From an uncultured Mucilaginibacter sp. (GTDB taxonomy: Bacteria; Bacteroidota; Bacteroidia; Sphingobacteriales; Sphingobacteriaceae): a stretch of 64,000 bases of DNA. Made by a program: the position numbers and the translations under genes. The DNA is taken from assembly GCA_913775265.1 (NCBI GenBank), contig CAJYJH010000078.1, positions 26,342 to 90,341 of the forward strand, read 5' to 3'. Below are positions 27,802 to 37,962 of the stretch, piece by piece; position 1 is the first letter of the stretch, and every line of letters starts with the position of its first letter. A model generated the notes under the pieces. It did no database searches and was not told the DNA's origin. It was given only the letters and a program-made list of their open reading frames with translations.

Positions 27802-29868
27802 TTGGAAGCTCAAAAATATAAACGATATACCATAACTGCGGCATTACCTTATGCCAACGGCCCTAAACATATTGGTCACTTAGCCGGCGCCTATATTCCT
27901 GCCGATTTATACGTACGCTACCTGCGCCTTAAGCGGCGCGATGTAGTGTTTGTATGCGGATCTGACGAGCACGGTACTGCGATTGCCAATCAGGCCATGA
28001 AAGAGGGTACCACACCGCAAGCCATTATCGATAAATATCATGAGCTGATTAAATACTGCTTTGATAAACTTAACATCTCTTTCAATATTTATCATCGTAC
28101 CAGCTCTCCGTTGCATCACGAAACGGCGCAGGACTTTTTTAAGGTGCTGAACGATAAAGGCGACTTTGAGGAGCGCGAGTCTGAACAATATTTTGATGAG
28201 CAAGCCGGTGTTTTTTTGGCCGACCGCTACATCGTAGGTACCTGCCCGGTATGTGGTAATGATAATGCCTACGGTGATCAGTGTGAGAAGTGCGGAAGCT
28301 CGTTGAGCCCCGAAGAACTGATTGATCCACGTTCGACCTTGAGCGGTAACAAGCCGGTTTTAAAGCCAACTAAACACTGGTACTTGCCGCTTAATAAATA
28401 TGAAAGCTGGCTGCGCGAATGGATATTGGAAGGCCATGCGGGCGATTGGAAAACTAACGTTTACGGCCAATGCAAAAGCTGGATAGATGGCGGTCTGCAT
28501 CCACGTGCGGTAACCCGCGATTTAGACTGGGGAATTAAAGTGCCGGTTGAAGGTGCCGACGGCAAAGTATTGTACGTTTGGTTTGATGCGCCTATCGGGT
28601 ACATATCTGCCACCAAGCAGTGGGCTTTAGATAACGGGCAGGATTGGAAACTTTACTGGCAGGATCAGGAAGCCAAACTGGTGCATTTTATAGGCAAGGA
28701 TAATATTGTATTCCATTGTATTGTGTTCCCGGCTATGTTAAAGGCGCATGGCGAGTTTGTACTGCCCGAAAACGTACCGGCCAATGAGTTTATGAATTTG
28801 GAGGGCGATAAAATGTCGACCAGCCGTGGCTGGAGCATTGAGATGCATGAGTACCTCGAAGACTTTCCGGATCGGGTTGACGAACTGCGTTATTACCTGA
28901 CTGCCATTGCCCCCGAAACCAGTGACAGCGAGTTTACCTGGAAAGATTACCAGGCACGTGTAAATAACGAACTGGTAGCCATTTTAGGTAATCTGGTTAA
29001 CCGGGTAATGATATTGATGCACAAGTTTTTTGAAGGCAAAATTCAAACTGCTGGCCCACCGGTAACTTTGACGGATGCTAACTTAAAATCAGAACTCGAC
29101 CGGCTATATGATGAGTTAGAGCAAAGCTTTGAAAGCTATAAATTCAGGCAGGCTCAGCAAACCGCGATGGAGATTGCCCGCTTAGGTAACCGCTATTTAA
29201 CTGAGCAAGAGCCTTGGAAAACAATCAAAACCAATCCCGAAGGTGCCCGCGAGGCGCTGCATAACTGTTTGGTGCTGATGGGGCATATTGCTACCTGCAT
29301 ACAACCATTTATGCCTGGTACTGCTAAAAAAATATTCAATATGCTTAACTGGCCTGCCGAGACCGTTTATTTTGACGAGGAATTGGTATTGGAGAACGGC
29401 CATCAGTTAAATGCCGCCAGTCTGCTATTCGAGAAATTGGAAGACGAAGTCATTGAAAAACAAATTCAAAAGCTGATTAACAAAAAAGCGTCGTTAGAGA
29501 CTTCAAAAGAAGAAGCGGCCCCAACTTTAGTACCCGCCAAAAGCAATATCAACTACGAGCAGTTTGCAGCTATGGACATCCGTACCGGTACCATTCTGAC
29601 TGCCGAGAAGGTGGCCAAAACCAAAAAGCTATTAAAGCTAACTATTGATACCGGTTTAGATCAGCGTACCGTGGTATCGGGTATTGCCGAGTATTTTGAG
29701 CCGGAAGCTATTATTGGTCAGCAGGTAAGCATTTTAGTAAACCTGGAACCGCGCGAGATTAAAGGCATCCTGTCGCAAGGCATGATTTTAATGGCCGAAA
29801 ATGCTGAAGGTAAACTCACATTTGTATCGCCGGGTGAAGGCATGCATAATGGCTCAGTAGTACGTTAA
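27802..29868 (+). CDS. metG: Methionine--tRNA ligase
   Basis: ALPYANGPKHIGH, CPVC/CEKC Zn knuckle, YVWFDA, KMSTS, C-terminal tRNA-binding OB domain. Confidence 0.98.
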   Translation: MEAQKYKRYTITAALPYANGPKHIGHLAGAYIPADLYVRYLRLKRRDVVFVCGSDEHGTAIANQAMKEGTTPQAIIDKYHELIKYCFDKLNISFNIYHRTSSPLHHETAQDFFKVLNDKGDFEERESEQYFDEQAGVFLADRYIVGTCPVCGNDNAYGDQCEKCGSSLSPEELIDPRSTLSGNKPVLKPTKHWYLPLNKYESWLREWILEGHAGDWKTNVYGQCKSWIDGGLHPRAVTRDLDWGIKVPVEGADGKVLYVWFDAPIGYISATKQWALDNGQDWKLYWQDQEAKLVHFIGKDNIVFHCIVFPAMLKAHGEFVLPENVPANEFMNLEGDKMSTSRGWSIEMHEYLEDFPDRVDELRYYLTAIAPETSDSEFTWKDYQARVNNELVAILGNLVNRVMILMHKFFEGKIQTAGPPVTLTDANLKSELDRLYDELEQSFESYKFRQAQQTAMEIARLGNRYLTEQEPWKTIKTNPEGAREALHNCLVLMGHIATCIQPFMPGTAKKIFNMLNWPAETVYFDEELVLENGHQLNAASLLFEKLEDEVIEKQIQKLINKKASLETSKEEAAPTLVPAKSNINYEQFAAMDIRTGTILTAEKVAKTKKLLKLTIDTGLDQRTVVSGIAEYFEPEAIIGQQVSILVNLEPREIKGILSQGMILMAENAEGKLTFVSPGEGMHNGSVVR

Positions 29869-29893
29869 ATATTTTTATATTTTAACTAAACCT

Positions 29894-29938
29894 AATTGAA
29901 GATTGTTAGTCTTATCAACACCCTAACAATCTTCAATT
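29894..29938 (+). terminator. Hairpin between metG and the lipoprotein gene
   Basis: AATTGAAGATTGTTAG / CTAACAATCTTCAATT, perfect 16-bp stem; weak U-tract. Confidence 0.55.
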
Positions 29939-29948
29939 CTTTATCACT

Positions 29949-30740
29949 ATGCAACTAAAACTGTTATCAGCCTTGGTTTTGTTAACCTCAATGCTGGCAT
30001 CTTGCAGTACTTACCAGGTTAATGTTTTAAGCAGTACTAACACCATTAAAGACGACAAAACCGGCGTTTTTAATTTTGAAAACGATTCGGTTAAAATTAC
30101 TTATTCCTTTTACGGTAATAATGCACCTGTAAGCATCCAGGTGTTTAACAAACTGGATAAACCTTTATATGTTGATTGGCAACGTTCGGCAGCCATTGTT
30201 GGCGATGATGCGGTTAGTTACATGCCCAATCAGGTGAATATATCAGGCAGTTATAGCGGACAAACTTATAGCTGGCAAAACCGTCCGCGGTCGTTAGCGG
30301 GTAATTACAGCAGCACTTCGGGCAGTATCAGTGCAGTAGCCGATTTGCCTAAAAATACCACTTTCCTGCCACCTCATTCGCAGGCAAGTAATGTGCCTAT
30401 TTTGCTGACTAAAGATCGGTTCAATTTGCCCGACAGCGGTTATCGGAAAGAGAAAATTAATCTTTTTACAGGTGATTTTAGTACCAGAACCGAGATACGA
30501 GTAGCGGATTTTGTGAAAGACAAGTCACCGCTAAAATTCAAAAGTTATTTAACGCTTTATACGCAGGATGGTAACGTAGTAAAACCAATGGCTTACCAGC
30601 ACGAATTCTATGTATCAAAAATTGTAAATTTAAATACTGAACCTTTTTACCTGCCCGAGTTTCAACGCCAGCGAGGAGATTTTTTTTTAAACACCAAAAT
30701 TCCGCAAACAACAACTGCAGCAGCAACTACGACAAATTGA
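29949..30740 (+). CDS. Hypothetical lipoprotein
   Basis: Lipobox LASC; FENDSVKITYSF...NKLDKPLYVDW..S; Thr-rich tail. Confidence 0.75.
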   Translation: MQLKLLSALVLLTSMLASCSTYQVNVLSSTNTIKDDKTGVFNFENDSVKITYSFYGNNAPVSIQVFNKLDKPLYVDWQRSAAIVGDDAVSYMPNQVNISGSYSGQTYSWQNRPRSLAGNYSSTSGSISAVADLPKNTTFLPPHSQASNVPILLTKDRFNLPDSGYRKEKINLFTGDFSTRTEIRVADFVKDKSPLKFKSYLTLYTQDGNVVKPMAYQHEFYVSKIVNLNTEPFYLPEFQRQRGDFFLNTKIPQTTTAAATTTN

Positions 30741-30895
30741 TGATTTGGTATTTAAAAGTCAGTTTGTTATAGCAGCTATCAAATTTTGCTCTCGGCTTAA
30801 TTCATTTGAGCCGGAGCAGACTACAATGCAAAAGATATTTTTTAGTTAATTGCATAGTCCTACAAAATTTGCATTTTTGTAGGGCTACTGCATTT

Positions 30896-30967
30896 GCCCC
30901 TGTAGTTCAACGGATAGAATAGAAGTTTCCTAAACTTTAGATATGAGTTCGATTCTCGTCGGGGGTA
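30896..30967 (+). tRNA. tRNA-Arg(CCT)
   Basis: GCCCCTG..TAGTTCAACGGATAGAA..GTTT-CCT-AAAC..GAGTTCGATTCTC..CGGGGGTA; all cloverleaf arms pair; CCA not fully encoded. Confidence 0.95.
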
Positions 30968-30973
30968 CCGGAC

Positions 30974-31008
30974 AAAATCCTTTAACTTTAAAGTTAGAGG
31001 ATTTTTTG
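30974..31008 (+). terminator. Terminator after tRNA-Arg
   Basis: AAAATCCTTTAACTTT / AAAGTTAGAGGATTTT followed by a T-tract. Confidence 0.75.
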
Positions 31009-31042
31009 TTTAGCTGTATTTTCCAATCCAATTTATTAAGCG

Positions 31043-31417
31043 ATGTCGGTTAGTCAAAATATCGAGTCTTGTTCAATTAACGAAAGTTTCTTGCAATCTC
31101 TTGAATATCATTTGTCCAAAACTTTGGCAAAATCTCCGGATAAAAACATCAAATGGCTTTGGTGTGATGGAATTAAAATGCCCATGGCTAGCCAACTTAA
31201 TAAGCAAAAGATAATTAAGTTAAAACAAGTCGAAACGGAATGTTGGCTAGGGATTAATGGACAAGAGATCTACAAAGTGTTAATTAAGTTTGGCCCTTGC
31301 TCGATTGAAAATTTAAAAAATGAACTTTCGTTAACGAATTGTGTGCCAAATGAAGAATCAATGGATTGGGTCAAACTTAGAATAGAACATAAGGAAGTTG
31401 AATTACTATTGAATTAA
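31043..31417 (+). CDS. Hypothetical protein, AT-rich
   Basis: 124-aa ORF with WCDG, WLG.NGQ..Y, FG and CVP...W motifs; no function recognised. Confidence 0.6.
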   Translation: MSVSQNIESCSINESFLQSLEYHLSKTLAKSPDKNIKWLWCDGIKMPMASQLNKQKIIKLKQVETECWLGINGQEIYKVLIKFGPCSIENLKNELSLTNCVPNEESMDWVKLRIEHKEVELLLN

Positions 31418-31629
31418 CACAATAAATGCTTTTGGCTTAGCAACTTAAAATGAAAAGTAGAGTTGTTGTCAGTCTATGCAATCAGAACTATTTGATATAG
31501 ATATCATCCCTTAAATTCAATCACAGCAAACTCAACTCCAAATTTGTTTTAGTACTTGATATCAGAAACCCTGCAATCCTAAACAAGCTATAACGGCATT
31601 TGTATGTAAGCTATATTGATGAGAGTTTA

Positions 31630-32549
31630 ATGATTAGCCGTTACTTAACTAAAAAGGCCCTTAAAAATGGAGCCCATATATTAAAAGCTGCATTCTTTAG
31701 TTTTATAAATAATCGGGCCCTTAGTTTAAGTGCTTCACTGGCTTTTTACACCATATTTTCTTTAGCTCCATTGCTGTTATTAATGATATCGCTTACCGGT
31801 ATTTTTTTGGAAGGGATGCCATGCAGGGTAAAGTTTTTTCAGAAATTAACGGTATGGTGGGTAACGATGCCGCCAGGCAAATACAAGACACTATTAAAAG
31901 CCTGGAAACTTCGGGGAAATCTACTATTTCGATTATTATCGGCATAATTACGTTAACTGTCGGTGCGATATCCGTTTTTGGTGAAATTCAAGACTCTGTG
32001 AATATCATCTGGCAGGTGAGGGTACGTCCGGAAAGAGGGTGGGGGTCTTTAATTAAAGACCGGTTGTTGTCTTTATCCATTTTTATAGTTTTAGGGTTTC
32101 TGTTATTAGTTTCTCTGTTTATTAATGGTGCGCTATTGGCCTTAAACGACAGGTTGCAGTTTTTTTTACCCGACCTTACCATCGTTTTATTTAATGTGCT
32201 TAACATCGTTCTCAGCTTCATCGTAACGTTCGTTATTTTCAGTGTGATTTTTAAAGTCATTCCTGATGTACGGACGCGGTGGAGGGAGATTGCACCGGGT
32301 GCGGCTTTCACAGCTCTTCTATTTATGCTTGGCCGGTTGTTAATCGTTTTTTATATCGAAAGGTCGGGCGCAAGTTCAACTTATGGTGCTGCTGGCTCGC
32401 TAATTGTAATTTTACTCTGGATATATTACACCGCTGCTATATTTTACTTCGGTGCCGAAGTAACCCGTGCCTATGCCGATTTTAAAGGCCTCAAAATTGT
32501 GCCCGCCACATTTGCCGTACAGGTTGAAGAAAGAGAGCGCGAGGAGTAA
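31630..32549 (+). pseudogene. YihY/virulence factor BrkB family membrane protein split by a 1-nt frameshift
   Basis: First ORF carries SASLAFYTIFSLAPLLL; second carries QGKVFSEING...FGEIQDSVNIIW...YG.AGSLIVILLWIYY. The frames join if the T7 run at 31802-31808 were T8 (GIFFGRDAMQG). Confidence 0.8.
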
Positions 32550-32806
32550 TAAGGCAACATTTATCTTTAATGTCACAGTAATAACGGCAAATCTATTACT
32601 GTGTCTTTATTGGCTTATGCTTTAAGTAACATCATTATTACCAATGTTTAACGCTGAACATTAGTAATACGATTATATGTATTATTGTTTCTGCTGTTTG
32701 CCGGTGAATTTTAATTTTGAGGCTACCGGCATTTGTTGTTTTGGTTGCTGTTTAAAAATCAGCGATCAAGAGCCATTCTAAAACTAAATACTGACCTAAT
32801 CTAACT

Positions 32807-35800
32807 ATGAAAAGACAATTTGCCTTTTACATTATCATTCTTACTGTTTTTTTTCAGGCTTTTACACCAGCTTCAGCTCAATTAAGATCAGGTATAGATT
32901 ATCCTGCCGAAATTGAAAATGCAGAAGTATTAGGCATCAACAAAGAACCTTACCATACTACGCTGATGCCGTATGCCGATCTTAAAGAAGCATTAGTAGC
33001 TAACCGGCATGCATCAACTTACAGCCAGAGCCTGAATGGCCCATGGAAATTCTCATGGGTGCCAAGCCCCGAAAAGCGACCTGTTGATTTTTATCAACTT
33101 AACTATGATGTATCTAAATGGGCAGAGATACCAGTACCGTCAAACTGGGAAGTGCAAGGTTACGGCACACCGTTTTATCGCAACTTAGGTTATACTATTA
33201 AACGCGACTACCCACGGGTGATGAGCGAGCCGGATAAAAAATATACCGCTTACATTGAAAGAAACCCGGTGGGCAGTTATCGGCGCGATTTTACGCTGCC
33301 TGCTAACTGGGCAGGCCGACGTACTTTTGTAACTTTTGACGGTGTCGACAGTGGCTTCTTTTTATGGGTGAACGGCAAAAAAGTGGGTTACAGCGTAAAC
33401 AGCCGTAACGCTGCCGAATTTGATTTGACGCCCTATCTGCAGCCCGGAAAAAATACCATAGCTGCTGAAGTTTATCAATACAGTTCCGGTACTTGGCTGG
33501 AAGATCAGGATATGTGGCGATTGCATGGTATATTCAGGAATGTAACTTTATGGAGCGCTCCGCAAACGCATGTCCGCGATTTCTTTTTTAAACAGGATTT
33601 AGACAAAAATTATGCGAATGCAGCCGTAGAGGTATCTGCCAAAATTAAAAACTATAACAGCAAAGATGCTCCGGCTACCGATTTAACTGCCATGCTGTAT
33701 GATGATAAAGGCGCAGTGGTTGCACAGGGCACAGTTAAAGGCAATAAATTATCATCAGGCAAAGAAGAACAGGTTGCTATTAAATTCGATATAAGCAGCC
33801 CAACTAAATGGACCGCCGAAACACCTTACTTATACACGCTGGTATTAAAATCTTCACAAGGCGAGATACTGTCGCAAAAAGTAGGATTCCGTAAGTTGGA
33901 AACCAAAGGGCGGGTATTTATGGTGAATGGTGTGCCTATTAAACTGAAGGGTGTAAACCGCCACGAGCATTGGTCGGACGTGGGGCATGCCATCACCGAA
34001 GAGCAAATGATCCGCGATTTGGAAGTCATCAAACAAGGTAACTGCAACCACGTGCGTACCTGCCACTATTCTGATGATCCGCGGTGGTATGAGCTGTGCG
34101 ATCAGTATGGCATCTGGCTGGTGGCCGAGGCTAATATGGAATATCATGGTTACGACCGTAAGTTTGATGAAGAACCCACCATTAAAGCGGCTATTGTAGA
34201 CCGCAACGTAGCTAATGTCGAAAACTTTAAAAACCATCCGTCGGTAATTATCTGGTCTTTAGGAAATGAGGGTGGTGCCGGTGGAACAAATGTGGGTGCC
34301 GCGCTTACCGCCGTTAAACAGATTGACCCATCACGACCAGTGCATTACGAGCGTTATGGTGTGGGCGCCAACAACCCTGCAGATCTGGATGGAAGAATGT
34401 ACGGTACAGCGGCAGATTATGTAGCGGTTGCTAAAAACCCAACGCTAACCAAGCCATTTTATATCTGCGAGTTTGTGCATGCTATGTTTAACTCAATGGG
34501 CTCGTTAGACGAATACTCGGCGGCATTTGATAATAACCCCGAAATTTTAGGCGGTGCCATCTGGGAGTTTCAGGACCAGGCGCTTTGGAACAAACGCGAT
34601 CCTAAACATCCGATTTTGGCTTATGGCGGTGGTTTTGGCGAATATCCGAACGATCACTACTTTATCCATAAAGGCGTAGTAGCGTGGGATCGTAAAACAG
34701 TGAAGCCTCATTATCCCGAAATGAAGAAGGCATTTCAGTGGATAGCTACCAATTTGGCGGATCCGGCAAACGGTATGATTTCGATCCGAAATAAATACCA
34801 ATTTATGAATCTGAACGGGTTTGAGGGCAGCTGGAGTCTGACCGAAAATGGGGTTGAAATTCAAAAGGGTGCCTTTCAGTTACCCAATGTTCCGGCCCGG
34901 CGCGAGAATAGGGCATTTATTCCTTATAAAGTAGAAAGCCCCAAACCCGGTGCAGAGTATTTTTTAAGAGTTTCGTACCGGCAAAAAGAGGCAAGCTTAT
35001 GGGCACCTAAAGGGTTTGAAGTAGCGGCAGACCAGTTTAAGCTGCCCATTAACACCCTTCCTAAGGTTGAAGCTATCTCGAATATTCCGGTTACCTACAA
35101 CCAGGATGCAAATACTATCAAAGTAAACGGACTAGGTTTTTCTGTATCTATCAGCAAAAAAACTGGTTTGATTAGTGAGATCAACAAAAACAACGCTAAC
35201 TTGATTATGCCAGGCGGAGGTCCGCAAATAAACTTGTGGCGGGCACCGCACCGTAACGATGATATGTGGGCATACGATGTTTGGGAAAAATACGGTGTTC
35301 AAAGTTTGCAGCATACTTTAGTAAAAATTAACGTTAAGCAGGTTAATCGTAATTTGGTTAATGTTGCTGTAACCACTAAAGAAACCGGAAAAGCAGGCTT
35401 TGGCGCCTACCATACAGTAACCTACAAGATTAGCGGTGATGGCAGCATTAAAGTGAATAACGACCTGCAATTTACCGGACTTAAAATTAACCTGGCCCGC
35501 ATAGGTGTACGTATGCTGCTAAACAAAAAGCTCGACCATATGACCTTTTTTGGCAGGGGCCCTTTCGAGAACTATTCTGATCGTAAAAGCTCGGCCGAAA
35601 CAGGTGTTTACACCATTGGTGTAAATGATCAGTATGAGTACGAAAAGCCAATGGAAAGAGGTAACCACGAAGAGGTACGTTGGGCAAAAATGACCGGTAA
35701 TAATATCTCTCCGTTAACTATACAGGCCGATGCCAACCTGATGCAGGTTGCTGCACTGCCCCATACCGACGAGCAGATGTTCCCGGTAGAATATAAGATA

Positions 35801-35944
35801 GATTTGCCTGCAAGTAACGCAACCGTTTTAAGTATATCCACAAAAACGTTGGGTGTAGGATCGGCAAGTTGCGGACCAAGGCCCTTAGCTCAATATCAGG
35901 TATGGTCGGAGCCCACGTCGTTTAGTTACACTATTAAAATTTAA
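32807..35944 (+). CDS. GH2 beta-galactosidase (LacZ-like), secreted
   Basis: Signal peptide; FDGVDS, EDQDMWRLHGIFR, KGVNRHE, WSLGNE (acid/base), CEFVHAM (nucleophile), C-terminal small-chain domain. Confidence 0.92.
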   Translation: MKRQFAFYIIILTVFFQAFTPASAQLRSGIDYPAEIENAEVLGINKEPYHTTLMPYADLKEALVANRHASTYSQSLNGPWKFSWVPSPEKRPVDFYQLNYDVSKWAEIPVPSNWEVQGYGTPFYRNLGYTIKRDYPRVMSEPDKKYTAYIERNPVGSYRRDFTLPANWAGRRTFVTFDGVDSGFFLWVNGKKVGYSVNSRNAAEFDLTPYLQPGKNTIAAEVYQYSSGTWLEDQDMWRLHGIFRNVTLWSAPQTHVRDFFFKQDLDKNYANAAVEVSAKIKNYNSKDAPATDLTAMLYDDKGAVVAQGTVKGNKLSSGKEEQVAIKFDISSPTKWTAETPYLYTLVLKSSQGEILSQKVGFRKLETKGRVFMVNGVPIKLKGVNRHEHWSDVGHAITEEQMIRDLEVIKQGNCNHVRTCHYSDDPRWYELCDQYGIWLVAEANMEYHGYDRKFDEEPTIKAAIVDRNVANVENFKNHPSVIIWSLGNEGGAGGTNVGAALTAVKQIDPSRPVHYERYGVGANNPADLDGRMYGTAADYVAVAKNPTLTKPFYICEFVHAMFNSMGSLDEYSAAFDNNPEILGGAIWEFQDQALWNKRDPKHPILAYGGGFGEYPNDHYFIHKGVVAWDRKTVKPHYPEMKKAFQWIATNLADPANGMISIRNKYQFMNLNGFEGSWSLTENGVEIQKGAFQLPNVPARRENRAFIPYKVESPKPGAEYFLRVSYRQKEASLWAPKGFEVAADQFKLPINTLPKVEAISNIPVTYNQDANTIKVNGLGFSVSISKKTGLISEINKNNANLIMPGGGPQINLWRAPHRNDDMWAYDVWEKYGVQSLQHTLVKINVKQVNRNLVNVAVTTKETGKAGFGAYHTVTYKISGDGSIKVNNDLQFTGLKINLARIGVRMLLNKKLDHMTFFGRGPFENYSDRKSSAETGVYTIGVNDQYEYEKPMERGNHEEVRWAKMTGNNISPLTIQADANLMQVAALPHTDEQMFPVEYKIDLPASNATVLSISTKTLGVGSASCGPRPLAQYQVWSEPTSFSYTIKI

Positions 35945-35966
35945 ACATTAGCTTCAATAATTTGGA

Positions 35967-36003
35967 CAGATAAAATAAGATGATGCGTCTCTTATTTTAT
36001 CTG
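35967..36003 (+). terminator. Hairpin after the GH2 gene
   Basis: CAGATAAAATAAGA / TCTTATTTTATCTG, 14-bp stem. Confidence 0.55.
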
Positions 36004-36089
36004 CTTCATTTTGAACACAAACTCCCTCAATTAGCTTAAAAAGCAGTTGAGATTATCCCGCAACTTTGTGCTATTAATTATTAAATATT

Positions 36090-36935
36090 ATGGCACATCA
36101 ACAAGAAAACAATAAAGTTTGGTTTATTACCGGTTCATCACGCGGGTTTGGACGCGTTTGGGCCGAAGCTGCGTTAAAACGCGGCGATAAGGTAGCAGCC
36201 ACAGCACGTAAACTGGAAAGCATTGCGGATTTAAAAGAGCAGTTTGGTGACAATGTACTAACCCTGGCGCTTGATGTTACAAACACCGAACAGGTAAAAG
36301 CTGCTCTGCAAGAGGCCCATGCCCATTTTGGTCGATTGGATGTTGTATTAAACAACGCAGGTTACTCTTTGGTAGGCACTATTGAAGAAGCTAGTGCCGA
36401 TGATATCAGAGCGCTTTACGAAACCAATATATTAGGGCCGGTTGCTGTTATACAAGCTGCCTTACCTATACTTCGGCAACAAGGCTATGGGCACATATTA
36501 GGTACATCAAGTAACCTGGGGCATGTTACATTACCGGTTATTGGTTATTATTGCTCTTCTAAATGGGCTTTTGAGGCTATTTACGAAAGCCTGGCCATAG
36601 AGGTAAAGCAATTTGGCATCAATGTTACCATTATTGAACCCGGAGCTTACGCAACTGAGTTTGGTAGCCAGGAGTCGTTAAAGTTTGCAGCTGGTATGGA
36701 CGAATATGCGGCTTATAAAGAAAGCTTTTTTCAAAATCTGCACGGGTCAGAAAGAGGCGATCCTAACGCAACGCCTGACGCTATACTTCAGCTGGTAGAT
36801 GCTGAAAATCCTCCGTTACGCCTCCTTTTAGGTAATCGCAATTTGCCTTGGATCAAAACAATTTATCAAGATCGCATTGCTACCTGGGAAGCATGGGCTG
36901 ATGTATCAAACGCGGCTCAGGGCGAGACAAAATAA
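36090..36935 (+). CDS. Short-chain dehydrogenase/reductase
   Basis: TGSSRGFG, NNAG, catalytic YCSSK. Confidence 0.93.
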   Translation: MAHQQENNKVWFITGSSRGFGRVWAEAALKRGDKVAATARKLESIADLKEQFGDNVLTLALDVTNTEQVKAALQEAHAHFGRLDVVLNNAGYSLVGTIEEASADDIRALYETNILGPVAVIQAALPILRQQGYGHILGTSSNLGHVTLPVIGYYCSSKWAFEAIYESLAIEVKQFGINVTIIEPGAYATEFGSQESLKFAAGMDEYAAYKESFFQNLHGSERGDPNATPDAILQLVDAENPPLRLLLGNRNLPWIKTIYQDRIATWEAWADVSNAAQGETK

Positions 36936-37026
36936 TTGCCTGATAAAAATACATCTTATTGACAGTAAGAATAGTACGATAGCCGATATTTGACAGTATA
37001 CCGGCTATCGTATAAGATTGTTTAGT

Positions 37027-37956
37027 ATGAAAAAGCAAGAAGGCATTCACTACGAATTTAACTCTATTGCCGATGCGCACCGTGCGTTTGATTTGCCCAA
37101 GCCGCTGCACCCGCTCATCAGTTTAATCAACGGCGCAACTGTACCCAATAACGTAAGTACGCCTGCCGGTTCTCACGTGCTTAATTTTTATAAAATATCT
37201 TATAAGCCTCGGTTGAGCGGAAAATTAAAGTATGGCCAGCATCATTATGATTTTGACGGTGGCGGTTTATTATTTGCGGCTCCCAGGCAAATTATAGGCA
37301 GTTATGCTGATGATGAAACCTCGCCGGCAAACTGCTCTCTGTATACATTGCTCATTCATCCTGATTTTTTGCAAGGTTACCCTTTGGTTCAAAAAATTAA
37401 GCAGTATGGCTTTTTCTCCTACACAGCAAATGAGGCCTTGCATTTATCCGAGCAGGAAAAAGATACAATTATTTCCATATTCGAGATGATTGAAACAGAG
37501 TTAAATAGCCGGATTGATGATTTTAGTCAGGATGTAATTATCGCCCAGATTGAATTACTACTTAGCTTTGCCAATCGTTTTTATAAACGCCAGTTCATTA
37601 CCCGTAAAGTAGTCAACAACGATTTACTGCAAAAACTGGAAAATATCCTTGATGAGCATTTTAACCAAACGCAATCACTCAGCCAGGGCTTGCCAACTGT
37701 TGCCCAGTTGGCCGAACAGCTTAATGTATCATCGAGTTATTTGAGCGATATGCTGCGTTCTCTAACCGGTCGTAATGCGCAGCAGCATATTCATGACAAA
37801 CTGATTGAAAAAGCCAAAGAAGTGCTGTCAACAACCAATCTATCAGTTGGCGAAGTAGCCTATAGTTTGGGATTTGAGTATACGCAATCATTCAGTAAGC
37901 TTTTCAAAGCCAAAACCAATCTGTCTCCGCTTGAGTTCAGGCAACAATTTAACTAA
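37027..37956 (+). CDS. AraC family transcriptional regulator
   Basis: C-terminal double HTH (TVAQLAEQLNVS..YLSD, VAYSLGFEY.QSFSKLFK). Confidence 0.92.
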   Translation: MKKQEGIHYEFNSIADAHRAFDLPKPLHPLISLINGATVPNNVSTPAGSHVLNFYKISYKPRLSGKLKYGQHHYDFDGGGLLFAAPRQIIGSYADDETSPANCSLYTLLIHPDFLQGYPLVQKIKQYGFFSYTANEALHLSEQEKDTIISIFEMIETELNSRIDDFSQDVIIAQIELLLSFANRFYKRQFITRKVVNNDLLQKLENILDEHFNQTQSLSQGLPTVAQLAEQLNVSSSYLSDMLRSLTGRNAQQHIHDKLIEKAKEVLSTTNLSVGEVAYSLGFEYTQSFSKLFKAKTNLSPLEFRQQFN

Positions 37957-37962
37957 GGTGCC

